A stretch of 64,000 nucleotides of DNA from Rhodoferax sp. (GCA_031431035.1 JANPCR010000182.1:7675-71674), one strand, 5' to 3'; positions 37,461 to 47,173 are shown, counted from the stretch's first letter. Made by a program: numbers and translations. The notes: generated by a model from the sequence alone, not told the origin.

Positions 37461-38696
37461 TTACGCAGGACGCTTCATTTGGCAGCTCGTCGGTGTGCTG
37501 GCCACATAAGGGTCCATTTGCTTGATCGGGACGAAGGTATAGCCCGTGTTTTCCACGCTGTAAGGGCTTTTTTTGTCCACTTTTTGCCATTTGGTGACAA
37601 ACATCGACTGTTGCAATTGGTGGTCTGACTTGCGCATTTGAACTTCACCAGCGAAGCTCTTGATGCTCAAGCCTTCCATGGCCTTGGCCACTTTGACTGC
37701 ATTGGTCGACTTGGCACTGGCCATGGCCGCGCCCAGCAGGTTGATACCGTTCAGGGTGGCGAAGGTGTAGTAGTCGTCGTTGAACTTTTTCTTGAATTCC
37801 GCGCCCATTGCGCCTAAATCACCTGTGTGGTTGGAGTGGCCATAGGCAATCACATACACCTCGCTGTCGCCACCCGCCGCCAAGGCGGTTGGGGTGCCGG
37901 TGACGCCCGCGTAGTAGGTGTACATCGGCAGTTTCAGGCCAGCGTCGTTCAGGGCTTTGACCAGCAAGGTCAGGTCCGCGCCCCAGTTGCCGGTGACGAT
38001 GGTGTCAGCGCCAGATTGCTTGATTTTGGCAACGTAAGGGGCAAAGTCTTTGACCTGACCAATAGGGTGAAGGTCTTCACCCACAATCTTCACGTCAGGG
38101 CGCTTGTTGGAAATGCCTTCTTTGAAGTAACGGGCAACTTGCTGTCCGTGAGAATAATTTTGGTTGAGCAAGTACACGTTTTTGACCTTGGGCTGGTCTT
38201 TCATGAACGTCGTCAGCGCTTCCATCTTCATGGTGGTGTCTGCGTCCAGACGGAAATGCCAGTAATCGCACTTTTCGTTAGTCAAAGCGGGATCCACGGC
38301 CGCATAGTTCAAAAATACGACCTCTTTGCCTGGGTTGCGTTCGTTGTGCTTTGCGACCGCATCAGACAGCGCCAAGGCTGCGCCCGAACCATTGCCTTGA
38401 GTGATGTAACGAAAGCCCTGGTCGACAGCGGCTTTGAGCGTGTTCAAGCTCTCTTGCGGCGAGCCTTTGTTATCAAAACCCGTGACTTCAAACTTGACGC
38501 CCGCTGGGTTTTTGGCGCCGCTGAAGCGCTCTGCCACAAACTGCCAGCTTTTGAGCTGGTTTTGGCCCACATTGGCAAACGGGCCAGACAGCGGGTCGAT
38601 GAAGGCAATTTTGACCGTCTCGCCGGATTGGGCGTGAGCAAAACCGGCACAGGCCAAAGTGGCTGAGACGGCAATTAATTTGGCAGCAAACTTCAT
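37461..38696 (-). CDS. ABC transporter periplasmic substrate-binding protein (LivK/type I PBP family)
   Basis: Signal peptide MKFAAKLIAVSATLACAGFAHA followed by a type-1 periplasmic binding fold. ATG at 38696 preferred. Confidence 0.85.
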   Translation of the reverse strand: MKFAAKLIAVSATLACAGFAHAQSGETVKIAFIDPLSGPFANVGQNQLKSWQFVAERFSGAKNPAGVKFEVTGFDNKGSPQESLNTLKAAVDQGFRYITQGNGSGAALALSDAVAKHNERNPGKEVVFLNYAAVDPALTNEKCDYWHFRLDADTTMKMEALTTFMKDQPKVKNVYLLNQNYSHGQQVARYFKEGISNKRPDVKIVGEDLHPIGQVKDFAPYVAKIKQSGADTIVTGNWGADLTLLVKALNDAGLKLPMYTYYAGVTGTPTALAAGGDSEVYVIAYGHSNHTGDLGAMGAEFKKKFNDDYYTFATLNGINLLGAAMASAKSTNAVKVAKAMEGLSIKSFAGEVQMRKSDHQLQQSMFVTKWQKVDKKSPYSVENTGYTFVPIKQMDPYVASTPTSCQMKRPA

Positions 38697-38867
38697 GTCA
38701 TGAGTCCTAAGGAAAAAGTAAGTGGGAGAAAAAGTGAGAGAGTAGGCGAAGAACTGCGCAAGCCTAACGGAACTTGTGCAGTGCAACAACAGGGCTTGCC
38801 CTAGCCGCTATCACCCAAGTGACTTGCGGACTGACTGCGCTGCCCACTCGCTGTCATTGGGCGCGAC

Positions 38868-40499
38868 TCAAACACCAGGTAGTTTGTAATCCTTCAAGGA
38901 CTCACGCAGCTTCATTTTTTGCATTTTCCCTGTGGCGCCTAAGGGAATGGCATCGACAAACACCACGTCGTCGGGGATTTGAAACTTGGCCGTTTTGCCT
39001 TCGAAAAATTGCAGTATTTCAGCGCGCGACACCTCAGCCCCTGGCTTTTTAACGACCGCAATGATGGGGCGCTCGTCCCACTTGGGGTGCTTCATGCCAA
39101 TGCAGGCGGCCATGGCCACAGCGGGGTGCGCCATGGCAATGTTTTCAACATCGATGGAGCTGATCCACTCGCCACCCGACTTGATCACGTCTTTGCTTCG
39201 GTCGGTGATCTGCAAATAGCCATCTTCGTCAATCGTGCCGACGTCACCCGTCGGGAACCAACCGCCTGCCACCAGGGGCGAGCCGCCCTCTTGCTTGAAG
39301 TATTGATCGATGATCCACGGCCCTTTGACCAGCAAATCGCCAGAGGTTTTGCCGTCCCACGGCAGTTCGGTGCCATCGGGGTCGACGATTTTCATGTCCA
39401 CGCCAAAGACCGCCCTGCCCTGTTTCAGCCGAACTTTCATTTTGTCGGCGGCGTCCATTGGCAAATGCTTGTTTTTGAGCGTGCACACCGTGCCTAGCGG
39501 CGACATTTCGGTCATGCCCCAGGCGTGCAACACTTCAACACCATAGTCGTCGTTGAACGCAGAAATCATGGCCGGTGGGCACGCCGAGCCGCCAATCACC
39601 GTGCGTTTCAGGGTTGAAAAGCGCAAACCGCCCGCCTGCATGTGGCCCAGCATCATTTGCCAAACTGTCGGCACACCAGCCGCAAAGCTGACTTTTTCGC
39701 CTTCAATCAATTCAAAAATCGACTTGCCGTCCATCGCAGGGCCTGGGAACACCAGTTTGGCCCCGGTCATGGCTGCTGAATACGGCAGACCCCAGGCGTT
39801 GACGTGAAACATCGGCACGACCGGCAAAATGCAGTCGCGTGCGCTCATGCTCAAGGCGTCTGGTAACGCCCCAGCCAAGGCGTGCAGCATGGTGGAGCGG
39901 TGGCTGTACAGCGCAGCTTTGGGGTTGCCCGTGGTGCCGCTGGTGTAGCACATGCTGGACGCCGAATTTTCATCAAAGGTGGGCCAGGTGTAGGTAGCAG
40001 GCTGTTTGCCCATCCAGGCTTCGTAACTCATCAAGCCGGGTATGCCGGTGTCAGCAGGCAGTTTGTCGGCATCGCACAGCGCAATGTAGTGTTTGATGGT
40101 GGTGCAGCGGCTGAAAATGGCTTTGACAATTGGCAAAAAGCTCATGTCAAAACACAGCACCGAGTCTTCGGCGTGGTTGGCAATCCACACCACTTGGTCG
40201 GGGTGCAAACGCGGGTTCAGGGTGTGCAACACACGGCCCGAGCCGCTCACGCCAAAGTAAAGCTCCAAGTGGCGGTAGCCGTTCCAGGCCAAGGTGGCGA
40301 CCCGGCTGCCAAATTGCAATTGCATGGCGTCCAGCGCATTGGCCACCTGACGCGAGCGCGAGGCGACTTGTCTGTAGGTGTAGCGATGAATATCGCCCTC
40401 AACCCGGCGCGAGACGATTTCGCCCTCGCCGTGGTGGCGATCTGCGTGCTCGATCAAACTTGAGATGAGTAACTGTTGACTCTGCATTAACCCCAGCAT
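38868..40499 (-). CDS. long/medium-chain fatty-acid--CoA ligase (AMP-binding)
   Basis: YTSGTTGNPKA AMP-binding motif. GGAGC RBS upstream of ATG 40499. Confidence 0.9.
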   Translation of the reverse strand: MLGLMQSQQLLISSLIEHADRHHGEGEIVSRRVEGDIHRYTYRQVASRSRQVANALDAMQLQFGSRVATLAWNGYRHLELYFGVSGSGRVLHTLNPRLHPDQVVWIANHAEDSVLCFDMSFLPIVKAIFSRCTTIKHYIALCDADKLPADTGIPGLMSYEAWMGKQPATYTWPTFDENSASSMCYTSGTTGNPKAALYSHRSTMLHALAGALPDALSMSARDCILPVVPMFHVNAWGLPYSAAMTGAKLVFPGPAMDGKSIFELIEGEKVSFAAGVPTVWQMMLGHMQAGGLRFSTLKRTVIGGSACPPAMISAFNDDYGVEVLHAWGMTEMSPLGTVCTLKNKHLPMDAADKMKVRLKQGRAVFGVDMKIVDPDGTELPWDGKTSGDLLVKGPWIIDQYFKQEGGSPLVAGGWFPTGDVGTIDEDGYLQITDRSKDVIKSGGEWISSIDVENIAMAHPAVAMAACIGMKHPKWDERPIIAVVKKPGAEVSRAEILQFFEGKTAKFQIPDDVVFVDAIPLGATGKMQKMKLRESLKDYKLPGV

Positions 40500-40580
40500 C
40501 GGTAAGCTCCTGTTGATTTGGTTGGCCGCAAGAATACCGCAGACCGCGCCAGTCGCAAGAATTTGCGGGACAATCTTTTG

Positions 40581-42236
40581 ATGACCAATGCCCTTCTCGA
40601 CCCGCATTCAAGCCCCCTTTCAGTTATTGCCGATAACCAAGCGCCGACCCCATCGGTCGCCAATGCCGCAGGCGCAAGCGTCTTGGCGGTCGATCCGCTT
40701 TACGACATTGGCCTGCCGTGGATCAATGAATTCGCCAAGCTCGGCCCGCCGTTCACCACCGAACTGTCGCCAGAACCCCTGCCCGCGCCTTACTGGGTGG
40801 GGCAAAGCCGCCAAGTCGCACATTGGCTGGGGCTGGACGCCGTGCACCTTCAATCGCCGCAGTTGCTGAATGCCCTGAGTGGCAATGCCCAATTGGCCGG
40901 GTCGCGCCCTTTGGCCAGCGTTTACAGCGGCCACCAGTTTGGCCAGTGGGCTGGGCAACTGGGCGATGGGCGTGCCATTTTGCTGGGCGAAGTGGCGCAT
41001 TCTGACGACGCCAGTTCGACCGCTGGGTTTGAAACCCAGCTCAATGGCGAGGGATTAGAGATCCAGCTCAAAGGCGCTGGGCGCACGCCGTATTCGCGCA
41101 TGGGCGATGGGCGGGCGGTGCTGCGATCCAGCATTCGCGAGTTTTTGTGCAGTGAAGCCATGCACGGGCTGGGCATTGCCACCTCGCGGGCGCTGTGCAT
41201 CACCGGGTCCGACGCGCGGGTGCTGCGTGAAGAGCTTGAAACCGCCGCCGTCGTGACCCGCATTGCGCCCAGTTTCATCCGGTTTGGACATTTTGAGCAT
41301 TTCTCGCACAGCGATCAGCACGATCAGCTGAAAGTTTTGGCCGATTACGTGATCGAGCGCTATTACCCTGAGTGCATGGCGACTGATAAATTCAACGCCA
41401 ACCCCTACGCGGCTTTCCTCGAAAAAGTGAGCGAAAGAACCGCCCGCACCCTGGCGCTGTGGCAGTCCGTCGGCTTTTGCCATGGCGTGATGAACACCGA
41501 CAACATGAGCATTCTGGGTTTGACGATTGACTATGGCCCGTTTCAGTTTTTAGACGCCTATGTGCCCAGCCACATTTGCAACCACAGCGACACGGGTGGC
41601 CGCTATGCCTTCAACAAACAGCCCAATATTGCCTATTGGAATTTGTACGCGTTGGGCCAAGCCTTGCTGCCTTTGATTGGCGAACAGGAGCTCGCGATTG
41701 CCGCGCTGGAGTCGTACAAAACGGTCTTTCCCCAAGCGTTTGAAGCCCAAATGCGCGCCAAACTGGGCTTGCCCGATGTGCAAAACGGCGACCGCGAGCT
41801 AATTGAATCCACCCTGAAACTCCTGGCCAAAGACGCTGTGGATTACACGATTTTTTGGCGGCGGCTGTCAAATTTTGTGAGCAGTACCGCAGGCCAATCC
41901 GGGGCGTTGGGTGCAATTGACCCCATCGACCCAGTTCGCGACCTGTTTTTGAACCGGGCTGATTTTGATGGGTGGCTGCAAACCTATTCAGCCCGCCTTG
42001 CCGACCTGAACCGGGCTGATGTAGCCGCGCTGATGCTCAAATCCAACCCGAAATTCGTTTTGCGCAACCATTTGGGCGAGCAGGCCATTCGAGCTGCCAA
42101 AACCAAAGATTTCAGCAATTTAGCCACCTTGCAAAAGCTGCTGGAGTCACCGTTTGATGAACACCCCGGTTTTGAAGCCTTCGCCGACTTTCCGCCGGAT
42201 TGGGCGTCGGGGATTGAAATCAGCTGCTCGTCTTGA
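40581..42236 (+). CDS. selO: protein adenylyltransferase (AMPylase) SelO / YdiU
   Basis: The [23 protein letters not shown] region and [23 protein letters not shown] are typical of SelO. ATG at 40581 preferred. Confidence 0.9.
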   Translation: MTNALLDPHSSPLSVIADNQAPTPSVANAAGASVLAVDPLYDIGLPWINEFAKLGPPFTTELSPEPLPAPYWVGQSRQVAHWLGLDAVHLQSPQLLNALSGNAQLAGSRPLASVYSGHQFGQWAGQLGDGRAILLGEVAHSDDASSTAGFETQLNGEGLEIQLKGAGRTPYSRMGDGRAVLRSSIREFLCSEAMHGLGIATSRALCITGSDARVLREELETAAVVTRIAPSFIRFGHFEHFSHSDQHDQLKVLADYVIERYYPECMATDKFNANPYAAFLEKVSERTARTLALWQSVGFCHGVMNTDNMSILGLTIDYGPFQFLDAYVPSHICNHSDTGGRYAFNKQPNIAYWNLYALGQALLPLIGEQELAIAALESYKTVFPQAFEAQMRAKLGLPDVQNGDRELIESTLKLLAKDAVDYTIFWRRLSNFVSSTAGQSGALGAIDPIDPVRDLFLNRADFDGWLQTYSARLADLNRADVAALMLKSNPKFVLRNHLGEQAIRAAKTKDFSNLATLQKLLESPFDEHPGFEAFADFPPDWASGIEISCSS

Positions 42237-42258
42237 GGGCTTTTGTCAAAAACCACTT

Positions 42259-42380
42259 AAATTTACTACAATTGTGGTAAATTTGGGTCAAAATCGGCAT
42301 TTTTTTCAAATATATGAACAAAAAGTGCCTCTAGCTCTCTGATTTATTCAATAGTTTGCTATTATTTTAATAGTAAATTG
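42259..42380 (+). repeat. AT-rich modular repeat, copy D
   Basis: Hairpin AAATTTACTACAATTGTGGTAAATTT at 42259-42284. Box1 at 42327-42339. Box2/box3 ATAGTTTGCTATTATTTTAATAGTAA at 42351-42376. Confidence 0.88.
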
Positions 42381-42412
42381 CAGCGAAGCAACCTGAAATT
42401 TGACCCGCCCAT

Positions 42413-42997
42413 TCACAAATTCGCCGCCAATTTGACCACCAACGTCTCGTCCAGCGGGTCAAATTCAAACAGCGCCGCCTGTTGCGAATTGGCAGCCTCA
42501 AAGCCCAGCTTGGTCAACAAGCCCATTGACCTGACATTGCGAGTTTTCAGCGCCGCCACAAAAGTGTGAACGCCGTAGCTTTCCACCAGCTCGAGTAGCA
42601 TCAAGCCAACGGCGGCATAGCCCAATCCTTGACGCCAAAAGCGGCTGGAAAACTCGTAAGCCACATAAGCCGCGCCCGATTGCAAAACCGTCGATTGCAC
42701 GTAGCCGGTCAATTCGCCCTTGACGCCTTCCTTCATGTCGCCCATCGCGTCGCCTTTCACCTCGCGGCTCAATTCGACATTCGGCAAGCGAACCACCCAG
42801 TTCAGCCACTGCTCGGTGCCATCGGGCGACCAACGACTCTCTCTGCGCCGCAAACCCGCCTCCAGCAGCTCAAGAGACGGTGGCGGCACGCCTTCAAACT
42901 CGTAAATGGCAGGGTCGCACATCACGACAAACATCTCTGGCGCGTGGGCCGCCACCTGGGGTTCTAGCGTGCAACGGGGCGATTGCAGGGTTTTCAT
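42413..42997 (-). CDS. GNAT family N-acetyltransferase
   Basis: 194 aa with a GNAT core (RFWRQGLGYAAVGLML). Its ATG overlaps the stop of the upstream LysE gene (ATGA). Confidence 0.8.
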   Translation of the reverse strand: MKTLQSPRCTLEPQVAAHAPEMFVVMCDPAIYEFEGVPPPSLELLEAGLRRRESRWSPDGTEQWLNWVVRLPNVELSREVKGDAMGDMKEGVKGELTGYVQSTVLQSGAAYVAYEFSSRFWRQGLGYAAVGLMLLELVESYGVHTFVAALKTRNVRSMGLLTKLGFEAANSQQAALFEFDPLDETLVVKLAANL

Positions 42998-43632
42998 GCG
43001 TCTGAGCTTGCCCAGCCTTCGCGCCGCGCCAAGGCCAGGTAGCCACCCAAGCCGATCAGGGTGACGCCAGACACCCGCGTCAGCAGGCGGGCGCGGGTGG
43101 CGCGAACTGTTTCTGATTGCAGCAGGCGACCGGCTGCAAACACTGCCAGCACATCCACTGCCGTGTTGAGGAACACGCAAAAGCTGCCCATGGCGAGAAG
43201 CTGGGGAATCAGCGGCAGGGACGGGGACGTGAACTGCGGCAAAAATGCAAGAAAGAACAGCGCTGTTTTGACATTCAAAGCTTCTACGACGATGCCTTCC
43301 CAGAGGGCGCGGCGGGGGCCTTGCGAGGCGACCTGGATGGAATTCCCAGCCTGCTTTTGGCTCAACAACATGCGAAACCCGAGATACAGCAGGTAGGCAG
43401 CACCCACGTATTTCACCAAATTGAACGCCATGGCAGACTGCGCGATCAGCAGCGACAAGCCCAAAACCGCTGCAAGCACATGCAGCATGCCGCCCACCGC
43501 TGTGCCCAGGCAGGACGCCAGCCCCTCGTTGCGGCCACCTGCGACTGTTCGGGCAATGACATAGGCGATGCCCGGCCCCGGTGTGACGGCCAAAACAACT
43601 GACGCAATGAGAAATGTGATGAAAGGTGTCAT
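42994..43632 (-). CDS. LysE family amino-acid exporter
   Basis: 212 aa with about 6 TM helices. N-terminal FLIASVVLAVTPGPG motif typical of LysE/RhtB. Confidence 0.88.
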   Translation of the reverse strand: MTPFITFLIASVVLAVTPGPGIAYVIARTVAGGRNEGLASCLGTAVGGMLHVLAAVLGLSLLIAQSAMAFNLVKYVGAAYLLYLGFRMLLSQKQAGNSIQVASQGPRRALWEGIVVEALNVKTALFFLAFLPQFTSPSLPLIPQLLAMGSFCVFLNTAVDVLAVFAAGRLLQSETVRATRARLLTRVSGVTLIGLGGYLALARREGWASSDA

Positions 43633-43796
43633 GGTTTTTAGATAGGGCCGACGCTTAAATTGAACCCGGCTTCGCCAGTTTGGGTCTCAGTTGAGCGCTA
43701 ATGGCCTGCTATTGGCCTGAAAGTTGCCTCGCGATTGGCAATTCTGCACCATCGCCAGCCGATTTCAAGGACTTCAAAACCTGAGAAAATACGCCC

Positions 43797-44210
43797 ATGA
43801 CCTACAAAATTGAAAAAACTGATGCCGAGTGGAAGGCCTTGCTCACGGCCAAGGGCGCTGAGCCACTGGCATTTGACGTGACGCGGCATGAATTGACCGA
43901 ACGAGCGTTCAGCGGGCGGCTGGCGGACATCAAGGCGGCAGGAACCTACCAGTGCATCTGTTGCTCAAAGCCGCTGTTTGATGCGTCGTCCAAATTTGAT
44001 TCAGGAACCGGCTGGCCGAGCTATTTTCAGCCCATCAAGCCGGACGCCATAGGCACCAAAGTAGACGGCATGCTGTGGATGAAGCGCACCGAGGTGCACT
44101 GCGCAGACTGCGGTGCGCATCTAGGCCACGTGTTTGAAGACGGCCCTGCGCCCACCGGCTTGCGCTATTGCATGAATTCGGCGTCGCTTGAATTCAAAGC
44201 AGAAGTATGA
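43797..44210 (+). CDS. msrB: peptide-methionine (R)-S-oxide reductase MsrB
   Basis: Two CxxC pairs (CICC..., [12 protein letters not shown]) and a RYCMNSASL active-site motif. Confidence 0.93.
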   Translation: MTYKIEKTDAEWKALLTAKGAEPLAFDVTRHELTERAFSGRLADIKAAGTYQCICCSKPLFDASSKFDSGTGWPSYFQPIKPDAIGTKVDGMLWMKRTEVHCADCGAHLGHVFEDGPAPTGLRYCMNSASLEFKAEV

Positions 44211-44241
44211 CCCCCACGCTTGTCGCTTCGCGTACTGCGCT

Positions 44242-44265
44242 GCCCCCCGAGGGGGCCGCTTTTTA
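44242..44265 (+). terminator. putative rho-independent terminator of msrB
   Basis: GCCCCC-CGA-GGGGGC stem-loop followed by CGCTTTTT. Confidence 0.6.
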
Positions 44266-44273
44266 GCTAAATT

Positions 44274-44816
44274 ATGAAAATACTGATCGACTTTCTTCCC
44301 ATTTTGCTGTTTGTCGGCGCGTACAAGCTGTACGACATTTACATGGCGACGGGCGTGTTGATGGCAGCAACCGTGGTGCAAATGTGCGTGATTTACGCGA
44401 TTGACCGCAAGTTGACGGTCATGCACAAGATCACGCTGGCCATGATTTTGGGCTTTGGCTCACTCACCCTGGTGCTGCAAAACGAGCAATTCATCAAATG
44501 GAAGCCCACGGTGTTGTACGCGGCCATGGCAATCGGTTTGGGCATTGCGCTGTGGTCGGCCAAAAAGAACTTTTTGAAGCTGATGCTGGGCAGCCAGTTG
44601 GAACTGCCAGACGCCGTGTGGATGCGCCTGAACCTGGTCTGGATCGCTTACTGCGTCTTCATGTCGGCGCTGAATGGCTACGTGGCGGCTTACTTTTCGA
44701 CCGAAGCCTGGGTTAACTTCAAACTGTGGGGCTATGTGTTTCCGCTGGCGTTCATCATTGGGCAAGGGCTGTACATTGCGCCGCATTTGAAGCCTGAAGA
44801 AGAAACCAAAGCCTGA
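44274..44816 (+). CDS. yciB: septation protein A (YciB/IspZ)
   Basis: [24 protein letters not shown]-terminus and 5 TM helices; 180 aa. Confidence 0.88.
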   Translation: MKILIDFLPILLFVGAYKLYDIYMATGVLMAATVVQMCVIYAIDRKLTVMHKITLAMILGFGSLTLVLQNEQFIKWKPTVLYAAMAIGLGIALWSAKKNFLKLMLGSQLELPDAVWMRLNLVWIAYCVFMSALNGYVAAYFSTEAWVNFKLWGYVFPLAFIIGQGLYIAPHLKPEEETKA

Positions 44817-44844
44817 ACAACGCCCCTTCCTACTTGTACCTGGC

Positions 44845-44894
44845 CCCTTGCCCGCTCCCTTGCCCGCTCCCTTACCCGCTCCCTTACCCGCTCC
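44845..44894 (+). repeat. 12-bp tandem repeat x4 (CCCTTRCCCGCT) abutting the bolA start codon
   Basis: Four units at 44845-44892 followed by CC, then ATG at 44895. Confidence 0.9.
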
Positions 44895-45188
44895 ATGTTC
44901 ACTGAAACCCAATCCAACCCCATCAGCCATTCCGCGACCCTGCTGGACGCCCAATTGCGCCAAACCCTGCAACCCACCCAGTTGCAGGTGATAGACGAAA
45001 GCGCCGACCACGCGGGCCACGTGGGGGCCAATGGCACGGGCTTTGGCACCCATTTCAGGGTAAAAATCGCCTCGCCATTGTTTCAGGGCAAGTCTCGCGT
45101 GGCCTGCCATCGGCTTGTGTATGATTCGCTGCAAGTTTTTATCGATCAGGGCGTTCACGCCATTGCCATCGAAACTTTGCGCGGCTAA
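44895..45188 (+). CDS. bolA: BolA family protein
   Basis: 97 aa with LQVIDESADHAGH and HFRVKIASPLFQGKSRVACHRLVY motifs. Confidence 0.88.
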   Translation: MFTETQSNPISHSATLLDAQLRQTLQPTQLQVIDESADHAGHVGANGTGFGTHFRVKIASPLFQGKSRVACHRLVYDSLQVFIDQGVHAIAIETLRG

Positions 45189-45277
45189 AAGCGTCAAAGG
45201 GACGGGCCAAAGGGACTCCAAGCCCTTGCCGTCGCGCATTTCCATCAACTTTTTTGTGACACTTTAGGAATTTTCGA

Positions 45278-46063
45278 ATGAAAAAACAAATCATCGCCTC
45301 TTTGGCAAGTGCCGCCTTTTTGTGCGCACTGGCACCCTTGGCGTTGGCTCAAAACGTGGCCATTGTGAACGGCAAAGCCGTGCCCAAAGCCCGTTTGGAC
45401 GCGCTGGCAGGCCAAATGGCCAAGGCGGGCCGCCCCGTGCCGCCCGAGCAGCAAGCCCAACTGCGTGATGAAGTCATCGCGCGGGAAGTGTTTTTGCAAG
45501 AAGCGCAATTGCGCGGCCTGGATTCAAGCGACGACTTCAAGGTACAGGTTGAACTGGCGCGTCAGTCGATTTTGATTCGGGAGCTGTTTGCCGATTACGC
45601 CCTGAAGAACCCCATCACCGATGCTGACCTGAAGGCCGAGTACGACAAATTTGCGGCAGCCAATGGCGGCCAAGAGTACAAGGCCAAACACATTTTGGTT
45701 GAAAAAGAAGACGAAGCCAAAGCCATCATTGCGCAGCTGAAAAAAGGCGGCAAGTTTGATGAAATCGCCAAAAAATCGTCGAAAGACCCAGGCTCTGGCG
45801 CCAAAGGTGGCGAGTTGGATTGGGCGTCTGCCGGCAGCTATGTGAAAGAGTTCTCTGAGGCGATGGTCGGGCTGCAAAAAGGCAAAACCACTGAAACCCC
45901 GGTGAAATCTCAGTTCGGTTACCACATCATTCGCCTGGAAGACACGCGCGTGGCGCAGTTGCCCAAGTTTGAAGAAGTGAAGCCGCAAATCGCTCAGCAA
46001 ATGGGTCAGCAAAAACTTGCCAAGTACCAGGAAGAACTGCGTGCCAAGGCGAAGATTGAGTGA
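45278..46063 (+). CDS. periplasmic parvulin-type peptidyl-prolyl cis-trans isomerase (PpiC-type)
   Basis: Signal peptide, then a rotamase domain with KAKHILV and FGYHIIRLED. Confidence 0.88.
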   Translation: MKKQIIASLASAAFLCALAPLALAQNVAIVNGKAVPKARLDALAGQMAKAGRPVPPEQQAQLRDEVIAREVFLQEAQLRGLDSSDDFKVQVELARQSILIRELFADYALKNPITDADLKAEYDKFAAANGGQEYKAKHILVEKEDEAKAIIAQLKKGGKFDEIAKKSSKDPGSGAKGGELDWASAGSYVKEFSEAMVGLQKGKTTETPVKSQFGYHIIRLEDTRVAQLPKFEEVKPQIAQQMGQQKLAKYQEELRAKAKIE

Positions 46064-46128
46064 GTTTGAGACTTGCTTGATTTGATTTGAATTAAGCTGA
46101 TCGCAAAGCCAGCCCAGCTTCAAATCCC

Positions 46129-46163
46129 AAAAGGCCCGAATTCGTTGAGAATTCGGGCCTTTT
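46129..46163 (+). terminator. rho-independent terminator downstream of the PPIase gene
   Basis: 11-bp stem GGCCCGAATTC / GAATTCGGGCC, loop GTTGA, then TTTT. Confidence 0.8.
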
Positions 46164-46165
46164 CA

Positions 46166-46277
46166 TTTGCTATTATTAGCATAGCAAACTATTGATATAA
46201 TTCGAGAGCTAGAGGCACTTTTTATTCATATTTTGGGTTTTTGGAGCGATTTTTAGAAAAAAAGAACCTGCAGGTTC
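46166..46277 (-). repeat. AT-rich modular repeat, copy E
   Basis: On the plus strand: TTTGCTATTATTAGCATAGCAAACTAT at 46166-46192, GAGAGCTAGAGGC at 46204-46216, hairpin GAACCTGCAGGTTC at 46264-46277. Confidence 0.88.
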
Positions 46278-46279
46278 AT

Positions 46280-47173
46280 TTATCTCGAAATCAGCCATCC
46301 CCAGGCCGAAAGCCCGCCAATCAGCACCGGCTGGTGCACCATGTAATACGGCAGGCTCCAGCGGCCCAAGCGGGTGGTCATTTGAACGGGCCAGGGCGTA
46401 GCAGGGTTGGAAGGGGTTAGCAGCAAGGCTTTGAGACGCGGCTGCGGCGCAGATGGCGATGTGAGATCGGGCTTGGAGTTTGAGTGGGAGTTGGAGTTGG
46501 AGTTAGGTCGCCCTGCCCCACCCGCCCGACGTTCCCCTGCCAACGCCCAGGCACCCGCTGCCGCGCCCAGCCACATCACGCCCAGCCAGGGAATCAGCGG
46601 CACGTAATCTTCGGTGTAAGGCTTGTGGGTCACCCAGCCGATCCAATTCAGGGCTTTTGAATTTAACAACTCAGCCGTAGGCCCAGGCAGTGGCACGCTG
46701 CCTGCCAGCCAGCCCAGCGCCAATGTGGCGCCACCCAAAAGCCATAGGGCAGCGGGCCAACGTCCAGCTAAGCCAGCGGTGAGCCGCACCACAATCAGCA
46801 TCACCAGCATGCCGTGCAAAACCCCAAAGTAGATGAAGGTTTTGGGAAACATCAGGTAGGACCCGGCAGTAACCAGCGCAGCGCACACCGCAATTTGCGC
46901 CCAACGCCGCCAAAACCGGGGCCAGCTTTGGCCTTGGCTTACCGCCACGGCTTGGCTGAAACCGGCTGTGAATAAAAACAGGCTCAATATGACGCCGCGC
47001 TGCCAGGTCCAGACCGGGTTGTTGTAAAAGTCCTGCTTGATGTGGCCAAAATTGTTCAAGTCGAAACAAAAGTGGAACACGGTCATCCACAGCATCGCCA
47101 CACCGCGCAGGGTGTCGATAGCGTCAAAACGCGGGGTGCTGGCGGCGGTTTTCAACGGGCTGGTAAGGGACAT
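46280..47173 (-). CDS. DUF1624 / heparan-alpha-glucosaminide N-acetyltransferase-like membrane protein
   Basis: RFDAIDTLRGVAMLWMTVFHFCFDL N-terminus and a polytopic body. Contains an internal (NS)n low-complexity insert. Confidence 0.75.
   Translation of the reverse strand: MSLTSPLKTAASTPRFDAIDTLRGVAMLWMTVFHFCFDLNNFGHIKQDFYNNPVWTWQRGVILSLFLFTAGFSQAVAVSQGQSWPRFWRRWAQIAVCAALVTAGSYLMFPKTFIYFGVLHGMLVMLIVVRLTAGLAGRWPAALWLLGGATLALGWLAGSVPLPGPTAELLNSKALNWIGWVTHKPYTEDYVPLIPWLGVMWLGAAAGAWALAGERRAGGAGRPNSNSNSHSNSKPDLTSPSAPQPRLKALLLTPSNPATPWPVQMTTRLGRWSLPYYMVHQPVLIGGLSAWGWLISR
46475..46504. repeat. hexanucleotide repeat (GGAGTT-type x5) inside the DUF1624 CDS
   Basis: ggagtt tgagtg ggagtt ggagtt ggagtt; encodes NSNSNSHSNS on the minus strand. 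Confidence 0.85.

Noticed and set aside
40500-40580. Direct repeat CGCAAGAAT x2 in the divergent acyl-CoA ligase / selO promoter region as a regulator site
   Set aside because: It is only 9 bp and imperfectly embedded in a CCGCAA...TTGCGG inverted pair. There is no second occurrence upstream of related genes in the window, so evidence is insufficient.
44460-45248. 262-aa minus-strand ORF containing GAGKGAGKGAGKGAGKG
   Set aside because: It is antisense to yciB and bolA, both of which have clear family signatures. The repeat peptide is simply the translation of the 12-bp tandem repeat upstream of bolA.
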